From assembly GCA_021613535.1 (NCBI GenBank), contig CP075493.1, positions 14,322,001-14,386,000 of the forward strand: a DNA stretch of 64,000 bases, written 5' to 3'. The position numbers were made by a program, and so were the translations under genes. Shown here piece after piece: positions 60,725 to 64,000 of this stretch (within the stretch, counting starts at the first letter, position 1; every line of letters starts with the position of its first letter). Under the pieces are notes generated by a model. That model was not told the origin of the DNA. It was given only the letters and a program-made list of their open reading frames with translations, and ran no database searches. The stretch is from Adineta vaga (lineage: Eukaryota > Animalia > Rotifera).

Positions 60725-63700
60725 TCAATCCACTCCACATGTGTTTAATAATACAGCTACGTTTCCTGACAGTGCATTAATAACGGCTAAATCCAATCTC
60801 TGGTCGTTATTGAAATGACCTGATACAATGGAAGAAGGATTACTACCAACTGTCATGTTTCCACTCAATCGAAAAGTTCCATCTCCATTACCAAGAAATA
60901 TACTGATCACATTTTCAATATAACTGGTTACTGCCAAATCTAGTAACGTATCATTATTGAAATCTTGTGATATTAAATAAGTTGGATGGGCAGCAGCTGT
61001 AAAGATGTTCTTGAGATTAAACGTTCCACTTTTACTACCAAAAAGTATACTAATAGTATTGTTACCTTGATTAGTAACAGCAACATCTATACTACCATCA
61101 CAGTTGAAATCACCTGATGTTAAAGAAGATGGATTGTTACCAACAAAATATGTTTTTTGGGTTTGAAAGGTTCCATTTTCATTACCCAACAGTACACTTA
61201 AACTGTGATCACCTCGATTAGTTACAGCTACATCAACAATTGAATCATCATTGAAATAATCTAAAACCATAGACGATGGTTTTCTTCCAACTGAATAAGA
61301 ATTTTGAAGTTGAAAAGCTCCCTTTCCATTTCCAATCAATACGCTAACAGTATCATTACCTTCATTAGCTACGATCAAATCCGAATTATTATCATTGTTG
61401 AAATGCGTTGATAATACAGCAATAGGCTGTTGACCAGTTTGATATTTTCTTTGAGGTTGAAAAGTTCCATCACCATTACCCATCAGTAAACTTACTGTAT
61501 TATCACCTTGATTGACGACTACCAAATCAAGTGTTGAATCGTTATTGAAGTGAATCGGTGTTAAAGTGAAGGGCAATAAACCAGCTGAAGAAATGAGCTG
61601 ATTTTGAAATGTTCCATCGTCATTACTAAGCAGTAAACTAACAGTATTATCACCATAGTTGACGACTGCTAGATCACATCTGAAATCATCATTAAAATCA
61701 TCAGAATTAATAGAAGTTGGATGAATACCAACTTGATATTTGTGTCCAGATTGAAAGGTACTATTTCCGTTATTAAATAGCACACTGATGCTGTTGTCAT
61801 CGTGATTGACGACAGCAAGATCTTGATTTGAATCGTTGTTAAAATCACATGATATGATTGAACAGGGTGATTTACCTACACGGTAGGTTCGATTCGTCTG
61901 AAACGTTCCATTTTCATTACCATATAGAATACTAATGGTGTCATCATCATAATTGGCTATTACTAAATCTACGTAACCATCTTTGTCGAAATCATTTGAT
62001 ATCAACGAGTATGGTCCATGGCCAGTTTCATACAGTTTTTGATCCTGAAATGTTCCATTTCCATTACCAAATATAATGCTAACAGTATTATCATCATAAT
62101 TAGTTACGGCTAGATCTAGATGTTCATCATTATTAAAATTGCCTGATGTCACAGAAGACGGAGTTTTACCGACTGGATAGGTGTTCATAGTTCGAAGATA
62201 TTCACGTTCAAAATTAAGCATTACACTAATAGTATTCGCGCCTTGATTGACCAGCACAAGATCCATTCTTGTGTCATTGTTCAAATCAGCTGAAACAGCT
62301 GCTACAGGTCTTTTACCAACGTCAAATGTCAATTGAACATCGAATACTTTTTCGTTGTTTGCAAGTAATAGGCCGATATTATCGTCACCATTGTTTACTA
62401 TTACTAGATCTTGTATATCATCGCCATTGAAATCATTTAATATGATAAACATTGGTCTCAAGCCGGTCACATATGTTGGTCGTGTTAGAAAGTTTCCTCC
62501 ACCAATACCAAGCAGAATGCTGACAGTATTATCACCATAACTAGCCACTGCCATATCTAATAGACCATCATTATTAAAATCGCTTGATGTCACGTATCTC
62601 GGATGATAACCGGCTGGAAATCTAGGTTGCATGTGAAAAGTTCCATTTTCATCGGCCAGTAATATATCAATCGTATGAGTACTAAGGCTGGCCACTGCTA
62701 AATCTGGAAAGTTATCATGATCGATATAACCTGATACTACAGAGAATGGAGAATTACCAACGGTATTACTCTTTGAAGGCAGGAAAGTTCCATTGCCATT
62801 ACCTAGTAGCAAACGTACGCGATTGTCACCATAGTTGGCCACAACGAGATCTGGTTTTTTATCACTATTAAAATCATTTGACGTGATAGACGCTGGAGCA
62901 AAACCAACTGCAAAACTCGCTAATTTCTGAAATGTTCTATTTCCATTACCTAATAATATGGTAACGCTATTTTCGTTATAATTGGTTATGGCTAGATCAC
63001 GTTTTGTATCATTATTAAAATCATCAGCTATCACTGCAGATGGTACACTATTTACTGAATAGATCATATGTTCTTGGAATGTTCCATTCTTATTACCAAA
63101 CAGAATACTGAGACTATCATTCTTATAATTACACACAGCTAGATCGAGACAGTCGTCTCTGTCGAAATCATCTGATATTATCGAATATGGACCGATACCC
63201 ACACGATAGATTATTTGTTTCTGAAATGTTCCATCTCCAATTCCAATCAATATGCTTACACTGTTATCATCATAGTTAGCAACTGCCAGATCTACATGCA
63301 TGTCATTATTAAATTTACCCGATACGATAGAACGTGGACCGTTACCAACTGAATAGGATCGTTGAGTTTCAAAACGTCCGAACTCACTACCGAGTAAGAT
63401 GCTGACAGTTTTATCATCTGCATTTGTTACTGCCAAATCCAATACAGTATCATGGTTAAAATCATGTATTGTTACTGATGACGGTTTGTTGCCAGTTGGA
63501 TATGTAGTTTGTAAAAGGAATAATCCACGTCCTTCACCATAGATGACGCTAACAGAATTATCGCCATCATTGACCACCACTAAATCTAATTTTTGATCGT
63601 CATTTAGATCTTGCAATTTTATACAAATGGGTCGCTGACGAACCGGAATAGTGAATAGACCTTGAAAAAATCCTTCACCATTACCGAATAGTACAGCGAC

Positions 63701-64000
63701 CTCATTATCTTGCTGAGTTGCCACCACGATATCTATAGTATGATCATTATTGAAATCGCCAATGGCTGCCGAAACTGGTATGTTGCCAGTTTTATAGAAT
63801 TTTGCATCCGAAGTATAGGGTTTGTAGCAGCGTTTTTCTAAAACAAATAATAATAAACTAGTGTGTACTAAAATAGATTGTGAACAATTGTGCCTGCTAG
63901 GTTTGTTGATTTATCATTAAGTTTTATTCCTAAGACAAACCCAAGGATGATCACTGTAACGAACAAAGCAAGTGTTAAGCCGAACGGAATCCCGAATCTT
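60725..64000 (-). CDS. FG-GAP/VCBS-repeat type II membrane protein, 5' end outside the window
   Basis: About 21 repeats of DFNxDxxxDLAVxNxxDNxVSILLGxGxGTF. Large exon extends to the acceptor at 63838. The upstream exon (64000-63894) encodes a TM helix LTLALFVTVIILGFVLGI. Confidence 0.88.

Noticed and set aside
1-64000. Bacterial contig or contamination
   Set aside because: Many phase-consistent spliceosomal introns and metazoan-specific genes (nuclear receptor, insulin-like peptide) are interleaved with the foreign-type genes at similar base composition.

Overview
AT-rich eukaryotic nuclear DNA with short (about 45-65 bp) GT-AG introns. The gene families present (ART-TPR proteins, F-box/LRR, FG-GAP arrays, a DED-TM protein, divergent nuclear receptor and GPCR, many intron-poor genes of bacterial/fungal type) point to a bdelloid rotifer such as Adineta or Rotaria; this is inference. 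I can support about 28 genes or gene relics. Several are spliced and only partly shown in the ORF track, and about a third carry premature stops or frameshifts. There is one MITE-like element and no rRNA, tRNA or CRISPR that I can see. Best candidate for an undescribed system: a tightly head-to-head paralog pair (34352-36880) of 4-TM + PBZ-like Zn-finger + Gig2/PARP-like ADP-ribosyltransferase proteins, where one copy keeps the H-Y-E catalytic residues and the other looks like a pseudoenzyme. Other highlights: a P450-BM3-type fusion facing a nuclear receptor with a steroid-receptor-like P-box across a repeated TACGTGCACAG motif; an unannotated secreted stand-alone PSI peptide; a mucin receptor with a duplicated Cys-rich domain; a large disrupted adenosine/AMP-deaminase-like gene; and a MITE inserted in a white/ABCG pseudogene. 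All family assignments come from motif recognition, not database searches.
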